Origin: a virus
Taxonomy: Duplodnaviria; Caudoviricetes
DNA length: 24,258 bases
Strand: one strand, 5' to 3'
IMG/VR virus record: IMGVR_UViG_3300031519_000219
Span: 1-24,258 of that record
Each line of letters begins with the position of its first letter. Positions within the stretch are counted from its first letter, which is position 1. The notes under the pieces were generated by a model. It saw only the letters and a list, made by a program, of their open reading frames with translations. It was not told the DNA's origin and did not search any database. Positions 1 to 9,800 of this stretch are shown here, in pieces. The position numbers were made by a program, and so were the translations under genes.

Positions 1-105
1 AGTCTTAACTTTTTTTGGAGCTTCGTCTATAACTTCTGGAATCTCTTTTATAATTTCTTCTGCCATCTCATCTGTCATCTCATCTGTATATTTTATGTCT
101 GACAT
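1..105 (-). CDS. Hypothetical acidic protein, N-terminal part only (runs off window edge)
   Basis: Not in ORF track. ATG at 105, preceded by GAAAAGGAAAAAATT. Reads MSDIKYTDEMTDEMAEEIIKEIPEVIDEAPKKVKT with no stop before base 1. Confidence 0.6.
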   Translation of the reverse strand, partial: MSDIKYTDEMTDEMAEEIIKEIPEVIDEAPKKVKT

Positions 106-122
106 AATTTTTTCCTTTTCAG

Positions 123-560
123 TTATTGATACTCGCCAGTTTCTATCATAGCTGCCAGCTCAACAGAGCGACCCTTAACGGTTCTACTCCAGTCAGAGTC
201 TAGGAATTCCTCTGAAGCAGTTTGATAATCTGCTATTGCCATCGCATCTAGTGCTAATAGGAATTTACGCAATTTAGTAGCACCGAGATTAAAGCTGATA
301 TCTATCATTGCGTCTTTACGAACGTCATCCAAATGGTTGAACCACGCGTATTCTGTACTCAGTTCTTTAATTACGCGCTCAATGTCTTGCTCAAGTAAAA
401 AGTCTACCTCTTTTTCTGAAAGACCTAGCCCGCCGTTTACATCAACATTCCTGCCTATTCCTATTGTCCAATGACCAGCAGAGCATTTATATATTAGATG
501 ACGGCCATTAGTAACGACCTCACCCTCATGCCTTTTTAGCATCTCGATTAAGTTCAGCAT
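123..560 (-). CDS. Endolysin, T4-lysozyme-like muramidase (GH24)
   Basis: HEG...YKCSAGHWTIGIGRN gives an E...C-x5-T catalytic triad; DISFNLG and DSDWSRTVKGRS match the T4L-like C-lobe; directly downstream of the holin. Confidence 0.9.
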   Translation of the reverse strand: MLNLIEMLKRHEGEVVTNGRHLIYKCSAGHWTIGIGRNVDVNGGLGLSEKEVDFLLEQDIERVIKELSTEYAWFNHLDDVRKDAMIDISFNLGATKLRKFLLALDAMAIADYQTASEEFLDSDWSRTVKGRSVELAAMIETGEYQ

Positions 561-935
561 TTACTTCTCCCTGCTCACGCCTTTAGTTTTCTCAAATGAG
601 CGCATAGCACCGAGGCCAAGCATACCCATTAGGACTGTAGTGAGCAATGAAACGTCTACCTCTGGGACAACAACCCAGATGCCTAGAATTGGAGAAATGA
701 TTGTTGAGTATGCGAGAGCAGAGATACAGACCCATCCGCAAGCCGGACGCCATCCCGATACAAAGAGGCTAGGATGACTTGCTTCAACCTTATTGACCTC
801 TATCTGAGCGGTCATCTGCTTATCTGCAAGCACTGCCAGCTCATGCGATAGCTTCTCGCGCAGGTCTTTGTCTGGAATTGCCTTCTCCAGAATTGTCATG
901 GCTGGGCCAATCAAAGCAGTAAGCGAGGCAAGCAT
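561..935 (-). CDS. Holin, 3TM (GTA-holin-like) family
   Basis: IPDKD...QIEVNKVEA.HPSLFVSGWRPACGWVC...LMGMLGLGAMRSFEK signature; hydrophobic segments; stop abuts the lysozyme ATG. Confidence 0.85.
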   Translation of the reverse strand: MLASLTALIGPAMTILEKAIPDKDLREKLSHELAVLADKQMTAQIEVNKVEASHPSLFVSGWRPACGWVCISALAYSTIISPILGIWVVVPEVDVSLLTTVLMGMLGLGAMRSFEKTKGVSREK

Positions 936-1070
936 TTAGATAAATATCCAGAGAGCAACGCCCAGTAACAGTGCTACGATGATACCGCCTAGAATATGAT
1001 GCTCTGTATCATCAATAATCTGAGACACTGGACTGCCAACTTTGGCTAATGCGTTTTTTATCATTTCCAT
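936..1070 (-). CDS. Small membrane protein, 44 aa (not in ORF track)
   Basis: MEMIKNALAKVGSPVSQIIDDTEHHILGGIIVALLLGVALWIFI*. GAGGA RBS upstream; TAA abuts the holin ATG; fills the gap; one C-terminal TM helix. Confidence 0.75.
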   Translation of the reverse strand: MEMIKNALAKVGSPVSQIIDDTEHHILGGIIVALLLGVALWIFI

Positions 1071-1080
1071 TTTAAAATCC

Positions 1081-1563
1081 TCAGTTAATAGCGAGTGTAA
1101 AAACTAATCCTGCAACTCCAATCATTAATATAACTAGACCAACAACCAGTTTTACAATGAGATAAAAATCTTCATCTCTTTTATCTTTAAGTATTTTTCT
1201 TCTATTAGCTTGAGCCAAATTGAAATCTCGATTCTTTTGAATATTTGCTGCGTCTTTTTTTACTTTAGCCCATTTGTGTGACTTGCCTTGCCGACTGTAC
1301 TCTTTCCCAATTCGGGACATCATGTCATTTATCTTTTGAGCTTGCTGCTCTATCTGGATGGCTTCTTCTAGGGCAGAGCCTGCATAGCCGCCTTGGTTTC
1401 TTTTTACTTCTTCAATCTTGGCTTCAATCTCTTCCTTAGAAGCAAAGAACGAAGAAATCTCACTACCCATTGCCTCGATGTCTTTCTTGCGGTCAAGACC
1501 TGTTCTAACCAGTTTGCAGGCTGTATCGAGTCCTTTTATGAGTAGAGCTATTTCGCCTATCAT
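1081..1563 (-). CDS. Hypothetical coiled-coil protein with C-terminal TM helix
   Basis: 160 aa, helical and charged, ending FYLIVKLVVGLVILMIGVAGLVFTLAIN; in operon spacing. Confidence 0.7.
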   Translation of the reverse strand: MIGEIALLIKGLDTACKLVRTGLDRKKDIEAMGSEISSFFASKEEIEAKIEEVKRNQGGYAGSALEEAIQIEQQAQKINDMMSRIGKEYSRQGKSHKWAKVKKDAANIQKNRDFNLAQANRRKILKDKRDEDFYLIVKLVVGLVILMIGVAGLVFTLAIN

Positions 1564-1566
1564 TTA

Positions 1567-1812
1567 TCATTGCTTATTGAAGAAATTAAGATAAGAGCCA
1601 GCAATAAAAGCGGACAATAATAAAGTAGTTAGTGCTTGTAAGACTGTTTTCCCAACTGTTCGCTTTGCAGAACGCCAAGACTCAAGCAGTCCCCGAAGCT
1701 CAGACACATCGGACAGAGCATCATCATCGCTAAGACCAATATCTCTCAAGGCTTTTCTGGCTCCAAGTTCTGCGGACTGCTCCACCAGTTTTGCCATCTC
1801 GTCTTTAGTCAT
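1567..1812 (-). CDS. DUF6127-like small membrane protein
   Basis: SAELGARKALRDIGL.DDDA..DVSELRGLLESWRSAKRT pattern plus C-terminal TM helix; typical position between fibre and lysis genes. Confidence 0.7.
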   Translation of the reverse strand: MTKDEMAKLVEQSAELGARKALRDIGLSDDDALSDVSELRGLLESWRSAKRTVGKTVLQALTTLLLSAFIAGSYLNFFNKQ

Positions 1813-1821
1813 AACTATTAT

Positions 1822-2133
1822 CTACCTATTAAGTAACTCTTCTGCATCTACCGGATTAGGGTCATGTTCTCCAACTTCTGGAGTTTCTTCCCAAGAAGCA
1901 TAAGTCTCATTTTCAGACCAAGTCTCAGACTCTGAATCATAGCAATATTTAAGATCAACATAATCGTCTGGCAGAGTTACCTCTTCAACAATTTTTGAAT
2001 TATCATTATCATACCCACTATAAAAAGCATTAATTGGAGCGTGAGCGCATAGAGTAGGCGTATATTCAAGGGATACATCTTCATCAAAACTAGCAATCAC
2101 CCAATTATCTTCATTGTTAACTAAAATATTCAT
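1822..2133 (-). CDS. Putative tail fibre assembly/accessory protein
   Basis: Acidic 103 aa immediately after the fibre; V.LPDDYV..KYCYD....W..N motif typical of fibre-associated small proteins. Confidence 0.55.
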   Translation of the reverse strand: MNILVNNEDNWVIASFDEDVSLEYTPTLCAHAPINAFYSGYDNDNSKIVEEVTLPDDYVDLKYCYDSESETWSENETYASWEETPEVGEHDPNPVDAEELLNR

Positions 2134-2135
2134 AC

Positions 2136-5100
2136 TTATCCTTTGATGTACATATTAGTAGCATTGATAGCCAACCCAACTCGGCTGGTATTAGAGCTGG
2201 TTGTTAAAACCCCATCTGCTCCAGCATAATAGGTACTACCTCCAAGAAGCCCTGATTGAGAAGTGTTTATTCCCCCTATCAAATCAACTTCAGCATTTAA
2301 TCCAAGAGCTGTGTTTGAGTTAGCAATACCAAAAAATGACGTAGAGTTAGAACTAAAACTGCTGAATGCATAACTATAATAACCAGTGGTAGTAGCGGTT
2401 CTCCAGCTCTGATATATAGTGTCAGTTTGAGGCTGATAGTAAACCCCATTTGAATTGTATGTCGAAGCATTTTGCGAACCGACTCTATATATAACTGTCC
2501 CATCAAACATATATGAGCGCACCCTCCCGCCAGTGCCTATAATACAAATTCCTGATTCACCAGCTACCTGCCATCTTGGTTTTGAATATGTATTATAAGT
2601 ATTATAAGAGTCTGTCCATGTTGAGCCTGCAACCACAGCTAAGTATGGAGTCGTGGCTGAAATAGTCAGAGCAGTAATATTCATATAGTAGCCACTAGCA
2701 CCTATATGCATAAACAGCATCTTCTGCGAAGCAGGGTCATAAACTGAAGGAATACCTACCGCATAAGTCGAATTGGAATGACTAGGAAACGAGGTTCCAG
2801 CTATATAAAAGTTCGCAAACGCGCCAGTGCCAGAAGTTTGATATACATCACTTGCCGCATTATAAATATACCCATCAAAATAATATTGAGCAGAATACTT
2901 TTTATTCATATAATAAATATTATCTCGGCTATTCCATCCCCACCCCCAGGCCAGCGTAACCGGAAGTCCCCCAGAAAAAGCAGCACCAACTAGAGTTGAT
3001 TTGCCTGTGGTTGGAGCGTGTCTTCTGAATTGAATATTCGCGTAGCTGCCACCACTAGCATTTTGCATCATGGCTACATAGTCACCAGTTTGTGGGAAAA
3101 GGCCTAGCTGAACGCCCCAATTGTTTCCTCCATAAGCTCCAAGGTAGTCTTTTGTTATACTGTTCCCGCCATTGTGACTAGACTCCATTATAACGTCATT
3201 ATTTTTTTTCCTCGCGTAGAACATATAGACGTAATAACTTGTAGAATGCTGAATGATAAAAACCCACTGCCCCACAGCGTCATCCCAGACGGCATCAAAA
3301 TACATTGCTGGAGTATTTGAAACTCCATAACCGTTATTAATATTATAAGCATACCCAAAAGTTATAGTTCCACCATTGTTAACGTACGGAATTACATAGG
3401 GATAGTTGCTTGTGCCTAGCATAACCATTAGCCCGCCACCATCAGGAGTGGGAAGATTAGCAAAATAACCTTGAGTAAAAGTTGCGAGGACACTTGGTGA
3501 GGCCCCACTGTAATTATTCATTGGGTTTGCTTTTTCAGTCGCAACAGTAAATCTTTTTTCTATTGGTGCTGGTAATCCAGAACTATCAACAAATAACAAA
3601 TCGCCAGAGGAAACCCCGCCATTTACTTCGTAAGCTCTTCTTGAAGTGTAAGCAGGAAAAGTAGCATTCAGTGAGTTTGCAGTTAGCAGTATACTTGTCG
3701 AGCTTCTAGCAAGGCCAATTTTAGAAAAAGTTGTTTCAGTGCTAGAAAAAGAACCATCATAAGCCAACCAATATTCAGTGTTTGTTGATAGACCAGATAC
3801 GCTGTTATTTGTTGCACTAATTATGTTTATCCTACCAGTTGCTCCAGAGGCAATATCTTCAGCAGCCAAGCCGATATAATCGGCGGCATTTGTAGTTTCA
3901 TATCCGACAGAAATTACTTTTGCGAAAGTTCCGTCTGGGTCTCCCGCGCTATTAGCAGAAACAACACAAATAGCATTTATCGAGCTTGCATAAATCGCTG
4001 AACTAACAGCAGTGTCTTGTACAGAGTTTCCAAAATATCTCGGGTCTATTGTTCTTGATTTCCCGTTTTCAGAAATAGTTGTTCCTGAAACTGTTATTTC
4101 ATTATATTTTTGCTGCCCGCTGCCTACTGTATTTGTTCTTATATAAGTCGTATTAATTGCAGTCATATATACTGCGGTTTGGGTACTGTAATCATTGGAA
4201 TCATTTATTGCGTTGTTGTTTAATTTGATAGGTGTGCCAGCAGAATAAGTAGCAAAAACAGGTGTGCTAGCAGTACCTCCCATTCCTGAATGAGCAGAGC
4301 AGTAATAATATAAAGTTGGTGCAGATGTCGCCACGACTATCTGCGTGTAAGCTCCTGCGCTTCCAGCAGTTCCTACAGTAGTTACCCCAGTTGTATAAGC
4401 AGTACCGCCGCCATGAGTTCCGTCAGATGTTGTAGATAAAACTAATGGATGACCTGTATTAGTTGATGCAGACTGATCAAATATATAAGTATTACCTTCG
4501 GTTAATTGGAGACTCGCTTGTAGAACGCCATCTATATAATATTTATTCCCAGACCCTGCGTCAGCCACCGTAACCGCTAATGTTGTAGTTGATATCGCAT
4601 TTATTTTCCATGCAAAAGCATACGCCTTCCTAGCACTGTCTTCACATGAGACAACATAAACATCTTCTTGTGAGTTATAAACAATACATTGGTTTCTCTG
4701 GTCAGCTCCAAATATAGATACCGTTATTTCTGGGTTAGCCCCTGTTCCTACTTTTGTTAATACGCTTCCATTAGAAGTAAAGGCTACCGCTCTAACCCCA
4801 CCAGTTCCGTAAGCAGCCGCGATAACCGTTCGAGCATTTACTGCATCGTACATAGAGCTAACATGAGTAGCACCAACAGAAAGATTTGCTGGAGTAGTAA
4901 TTGACGGTGTTATATTGCTGATTGTTATTATCGAGCCGTATAGAGCAGTTCCGTTGTTAGACCATGCCATAGTCCACTTATTGTTTGCCGTATCCTTGCT
5001 GAGAGAAATGGTATATGGCTGCGTGGTAGTAAATTGAACCGGAGTTCCAAAAGAAATATTTGACCCTATTATTTGACCAATGACTACATAACCGTAATTA

Positions 5101-5939
5101 GAAGCACCTTTGTATGCGACAATCACTCTTTCTGCTGACTCATCATAACCAACATCGAACGCCCAGCTATGAGCTGCATAAGTCACCGCAGCAGTGCCAA
5201 AAACAATGCCTCCCGAAGTAACCACACCGACCCGCACATTAAGACCTACTGGAGCAATATTGCTGGATTGTGCAATTATTATTTTCTTGTTCGCCTCATC
5301 AAATGCGGTTCTAATAACCGCTGATGGTCCAGCAGCATTAACGTATGAAGTTTCATAACCAGCAAGCTGAGTTCCTGATACACGAGCAGCTTGGCCGTTT
5401 GCTTTTAAAATAAGACTTTGACCAGCAGTAATAGCTTCTGATGCCACAGCTTGAATCTCGCCAGCCGCAGCAGCAGCCGCCGCCCAAGTCGCTGAAGTTC
5501 CATCAGTCTGTAAGAACCTGCCAGAGTTTCCTGCTTGATTGGGCAATACAGATGATATCTTCTCCCAGTTTGTAGCGTCAGCACTTGGGTCTGTAGTTCC
5601 TGCGCCATTAGTTTTTCTACGATAGGTTTGATATGTTATCGGAGACCATGTTGCATCGCCTTCAGCGTAAGTGGTTCCACTAACCCATTCAGTAACGCCA
5701 GCAGCACCAGCCGCAGCAGCAGCAGAAGCGGCAGCAGCACTAGCAGAACCAGCAGCAGCAACTGCATCCGCATTTACTCCAGCAATATCAACATTCATTG
5801 CACCGATTGAAGTATTCATCTGCGTAGAAAAAGGGCTGTATAACGCACCTAGAAAAGCATCAGCCCTAGTATTGAAGACTGCTGGAGCATCAGTTCTCGC
5901 TGGAGCTGTAGGCAAGACGGTAATAGTTGGAATGGTCAT
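2136..5939 (-). CDS. Tail fibre / receptor-binding protein, multi-domain
   Basis: 1267 aa rich in G/S/T/A/Y. N-terminal anchor (LPTAPARTDAPAVFNTRADAF), Ala-rich stalk, CBM5/12-like WVSGTTYAEGD...DPS...NWEK, propeller-like repeats. Confidence 0.85.
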   Translation of the reverse strand: MTIPTITVLPTAPARTDAPAVFNTRADAFLGALYSPFSTQMNTSIGAMNVDIAGVNADAVAAAGSASAAAASAAAAAGAAGVTEWVSGTTYAEGDATWSPITYQTYRRKTNGAGTTDPSADATNWEKISSVLPNQAGNSGRFLQTDGTSATWAAAAAAAGEIQAVASEAITAGQSLILKANGQAARVSGTQLAGYETSYVNAAGPSAVIRTAFDEANKKIIIAQSSNIAPVGLNVRVGVVTSGGIVFGTAAVTYAAHSWAFDVGYDESAERVIVAYKGASNYGYVVIGQIIGSNISFGTPVQFTTTQPYTISLSKDTANNKWTMAWSNNGTALYGSIITISNITPSITTPANLSVGATHVSSMYDAVNARTVIAAAYGTGGVRAVAFTSNGSVLTKVGTGANPEITVSIFGADQRNQCIVYNSQEDVYVVSCEDSARKAYAFAWKINAISTTTLAVTVADAGSGNKYYIDGVLQASLQLTEGNTYIFDQSASTNTGHPLVLSTTSDGTHGGGTAYTTGVTTVGTAGSAGAYTQIVVATSAPTLYYYCSAHSGMGGTASTPVFATYSAGTPIKLNNNAINDSNDYSTQTAVYMTAINTTYIRTNTVGSGQQKYNEITVSGTTISENGKSRTIDPRYFGNSVQDTAVSSAIYASSINAICVVSANSAGDPDGTFAKVISVGYETTNAADYIGLAAEDIASGATGRINIISATNNSVSGLSTNTEYWLAYDGSFSSTETTFSKIGLARSSTSILLTANSLNATFPAYTSRRAYEVNGGVSSGDLLFVDSSGLPAPIEKRFTVATEKANPMNNYSGASPSVLATFTQGYFANLPTPDGGGLMVMLGTSNYPYVIPYVNNGGTITFGYAYNINNGYGVSNTPAMYFDAVWDDAVGQWVFIIQHSTSYYVYMFYARKKNNDVIMESSHNGGNSITKDYLGAYGGNNWGVQLGLFPQTGDYVAMMQNASGGSYANIQFRRHAPTTGKSTLVGAAFSGGLPVTLAWGWGWNSRDNIYYMNKKYSAQYYFDGYIYNAASDVYQTSGTGAFANFYIAGTSFPSHSNSTYAVGIPSVYDPASQKMLFMHIGASGYYMNITALTISATTPYLAVVAGSTWTDSYNTYNTYSKPRWQVAGESGICIIGTGGRVRSYMFDGTVIYRVGSQNASTYNSNGVYYQPQTDTIYQSWRTATTTGYYSYAFSSFSSNSTSFFGIANSNTALGLNAEVDLIGGINTSQSGLLGGSTYYAGADGVLTTSSNTSRVGLAINATNMYIKG

Positions 5940-6860
5940 TTAATTTAAACCCTCAATTGATAACGTGGTCAAAGATACATTGGGATTAGTCATTAAAATA
6001 TTAAATTCCCTAAAATATCCGTAAATAATTAATCCTTGAACATTTGGCTCCACCACCCAAACGCTAGGAACAGATCGAGCATCTGTAAGGATTTTCTTTA
6101 TTTCTGCAAACTGAGATGTCTCTATTAAAACATCCACATCGGCTATATCGCTAAAGCTGCCAGCTTGAATAGTAACATTTCCAGCGGCATCAGTGGTTTT
6201 TGTTGAATAGTCTTGTATACCAAAAGACGCGCCATATTGAGATATACCAATTGTTTGTGTAGTCCCAAAGACCAAAGCTCCACATTTAGCATCACCAGTA
6301 GAATTGAATGTAACAGTAATCACGGCATTAGCGTAAGGAGGTAATCCAAGAACAGCCAAGTCGCTATCTCTGGTTATTGGCGTGAAAAAATAGGCATACC
6401 AGCTAGTGATTCCTGAATTTGAAACCATTGAAAATGTCTGGTTAAACACTGTTCCCTCAGACGGGTCAACCATCAGTATAGTAATTGATTCACAATCTGC
6501 ATTTAATACTGATATACCAGAAACTATTGCCGCTGGAGTTATGACAACATTAAAGCCTCCTGTTTTAACTGTCTGCTGCTGAACCGTCTGATTAAACATC
6601 TTCCAGCGATTAGTGCTGTTTAAAGGAGTCCAGTAGGTTAGTCCAGTTGAAGCCGTTGGGTCATTACCGCTATTTGACCCTGCAACAGACTTGTAAATAA
6701 GATGAGTTGCTACAGCAGCACCGTTAGCCGTAGTGGTAACCATGCAGGTCGCATTAATCGCAAAGCTGCCGCCAGAAGTCCACTCAGTAGTATCATTTTC
6801 AGGAACAGAAGAAGATGTCAGAGTGCTATTGGTTAATGTTTGAGCGGTAATAATTTGCAT
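5940..6860 (-). CDS. Tail-tip/baseplate structural protein
   Basis: Between tape measure and fibre; beta-rich; SSVPEND..EW, TNRWKMF, GIQDYSTKTTD and IYGYFREF motifs seen in siphophage post-TMP proteins. Confidence 0.7.
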   Translation of the reverse strand: MQIITAQTLTNSTLTSSSVPENDTTEWTSGGSFAINATCMVTTTANGAAVATHLIYKSVAGSNSGNDPTASTGLTYWTPLNSTNRWKMFNQTVQQQTVKTGGFNVVITPAAIVSGISVLNADCESITILMVDPSEGTVFNQTFSMVSNSGITSWYAYFFTPITRDSDLAVLGLPPYANAVITVTFNSTGDAKCGALVFGTTQTIGISQYGASFGIQDYSTKTTDAAGNVTIQAGSFSDIADVDVLIETSQFAEIKKILTDARSVPSVWVVEPNVQGLIIYGYFREFNILMTNPNVSLTTLSIEGLN

Positions 6861-6862
6861 GA

Positions 6863-9800
6863 TTAAGTCCTAGTTGGTGGCAGTCCGTTTATGTCCCAAC
6901 GAGACTCTATTCTAGCCGTTTTGCTTACTGCTTTTGCAACTACCAACATAAGATCATTTAAATTACCTCTCAGACTATTCATCTCAGAAGCCATAAGATC
7001 AGCTCTTTTAACTTCCGCTACGCTCTGTACTCTTTCGCCTTCATGCAATTCTGCCCTAAACCCATCAAAAGGAATTCTTTCTATACCGCTTGCTAAAGAG
7101 CCATCAGGCTTGGTTCTATTAAGAATTCCAGCCGCTGTACCACCGCCAATAACATCAGCGATAACGGATGGGTCTACGCCATTTGCACTTCCAACCATGT
7201 TTATCCATTGAGTAGCATAGCTGTCTAACTGATCTTGAAGGCTTACGCTTTTATTATTGCCATCTTCACTAGCAGAACCCAAAAAGGCTCCTTTTCCAAA
7301 ATTCCGGCCTCTTTCATCACTACCAGTAAAATTCTTCGCTAATAAATTAGGTGTAATGCCTACTGCTAATGCCGCTTCTGTTAATGCCGAATCAAGAGTA
7401 GCGAAAGAATCTACAACGGCACTAGCTGTGCTTTGTTCTTCCCTTCGCTTGAAGCCATAAAATTGGGCTCCTGAAGCAAACTTGGGGATAGCAAATTTTC
7501 TACTAGCATCAACACCAGCAAGATTTTGGGTTAACATTCCCGCATTAGCAGACATAGTTCCACTTTTGTCTAATAGCTTCGCAGCAACCGCCGCAACAGC
7601 AATAGCTATAGTCACAGGGTTAGTAGCAAGGGCAAGAAGTTTAGCTCCACCAGCTTGTAGTCCTGCTGTTACACCAGAGCCTGCCATAGCCGCCGCTGTA
7701 GGTGGACCCATAGTTCCCGCAGCAATACCAGTTGCACTACCTGTCATTCCAGCTATGAATTGACCTGCACCAGCAACCACACCGCCTAAAGTAGCACCAC
7801 CAGCCGCGCCAGCAGCAGCTCCACCAGTAGCTCCACCAGCAGCATTAGTAGCCACACTAGCAGCAGTGCTACCAGTAGCACCAGAAACCGCGCTGCCAGT
7901 TATAGAGGCAAACATTGATTTGGCTCCGTTTGTTATTGTGGCTATTATTCCATTCATACCGCCAGACAATGAGCCAAGAAACCCAGTTATCCCGCCTTCT
8001 CCAAAAATTATATCCATTATTTTCTTAGAGGCAAACTCTGAGACCATTGTTTTCCAGCCTTCTTTCACTGAAGAAAAGAAGCTCTTGAAATCCAACTTTC
8101 CAGAAATAATAGTGTCTTTTATCAATGTAGCAAAAGCCGTTTGAGTGTTCACTACCGCTGTTGCGAATGTTTGCTGCTCAACAGTAAGAGCGGTAACGGC
8201 AGGAGTCGCTGCCGAAGATGAAGAACCAACTGCTTCAATATTTGTTGCTGTAGTATCTGCTGCGGAGGCAACGGCTCCAGTATTTGTGGCAAGAGCTGCC
8301 ATGACTCCGTTTACAACCCTAAAAGAACCATCTTGTCCGGTATTTACAGTAATTGCTTTGCCTAAAAGGTTTACGTTTTCAGTTGTTTTATGAAATTCAG
8401 TTTTTAATACCCCTATTGAATCAGACGCTGATTTGATTTGATTTGCTGACGCATTTTGTAATGTTGTCGCAGTATTAACAATATCAGTACCAAAATCCTT
8501 AAAGGCTCCACCAACATTATTTACAGTTGTAGTGAATGAAGTGTAAACATTACTTAAAAAACCAGTCTCTTCTTTTACGTCAATCTGCTTTAATCTTTGC
8601 GCTTCAAATGCACTACTAATGCTATTAATTGAAGCTAATTTCTTATCATTAATAACTTTCATCTTTGCAGCAGTTACTGCTTCGCTATCATAAAGAGATT
8701 GGGCTTTTACTTTCATAGTCGCGTAAAAACTTGAAATATTTGTACTAAGGTTAGCGATGGAGTTCTTAACATTCATAAAAGCATTTTTAAAAACATCAAC
8801 AAAATTTGTTGCCGCAATTTTTGCATTTGTTGATATAAAGTTAAAAAGACCTGAATAGAAACCCACTAACGTATTTATAGCTGAAGCATAAAAATCTATT
8901 AATGGAGCAAATAAATCCGCTAAATACTTAAACAAACTTTGTACTTTTGAAGAAACCAAGTCAGCAAAGTCATCCCATTTAACTTTAATTTCTTTTAGAG
9001 CATTGCCAGTTACAATTGCTATCGCTTTAAAATAGACAATATAGGTTTCATAATCTATTCCAAAAACATTTTCTAATATTTTGTACAGCCCAAATAATGC
9101 AGCAACAGTAACGCCAATAGGACCACCTAAAGCAGATAATCCAACTTTTAGTATCCCCGCAGAGCTTGCGGTAGTTAAAAATGCAGTGCTAGTTGAGACA
9201 AGACTGACAATAACCTTAGTGAATAATATTACTGACAAAGTTTGTAATGATATGGTTAGTATTTTAATAAAATCATCAAACTTATCTGACTTTACAAAAT
9301 CATCAACTTTTCTGGAAAAATCAGTAGCAGCTTGAAGACTTTTTCTAATTGCTGGCTCTAACATTTTGCCAAAGGTAATTGCCAAACCTTCATTTGCTGA
9401 ATTTAAAGACAACATATCGCCTTCCATGTTGTCAAAATTTGTAGCTGCCATCTCGCTTGCTATACTTGTTCCTGTTATAGCTGCTTCTAAAGTCCTTGCG
9501 TCTCCAGCTCCCGATATCATTACCGCTGCCGATTTCATGGCTTCTGCGCCAAATAAACCAGTAAGCTCAGTAAGGCTCATATTTTCTGCCGCTAGATTTT
9601 CTAAAGCTCCAGCAAGACCAACTATAGAAGGCTTAAATTTATCTTCAGCTTCATTTTCTAGTTTTAATAAGACCTGCCTAAATCCTGTTCCTGCTTCAGC
9701 AGCAAATAATCCACCTTTTGCTAACAACTGAACACCAACATTCGCCTCTTCAAAACTTAGGCCAGCCAATTTAGCCGCAACACCAGCATTCTTCATTGCC

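Noticed and set aside
64-87. 12-bp tandem duplication CATCTCATCTGT x2
   Set aside because: In-frame TDEM-TDEM micro-duplication in a partial ORF; no evidence of wider significance.
5689-5770. GCA-rich quasi-repeat
   Set aside because: Encodes the Ala-rich fibre stalk; imperfect, not a phase-variable tract.
2297-5943. Short alternative-frame and antisense ORFs inside the fibre gene
   Set aside because: Nested in a well-supported gene; low-complexity products, including the mirror of the poly-Ala tract.
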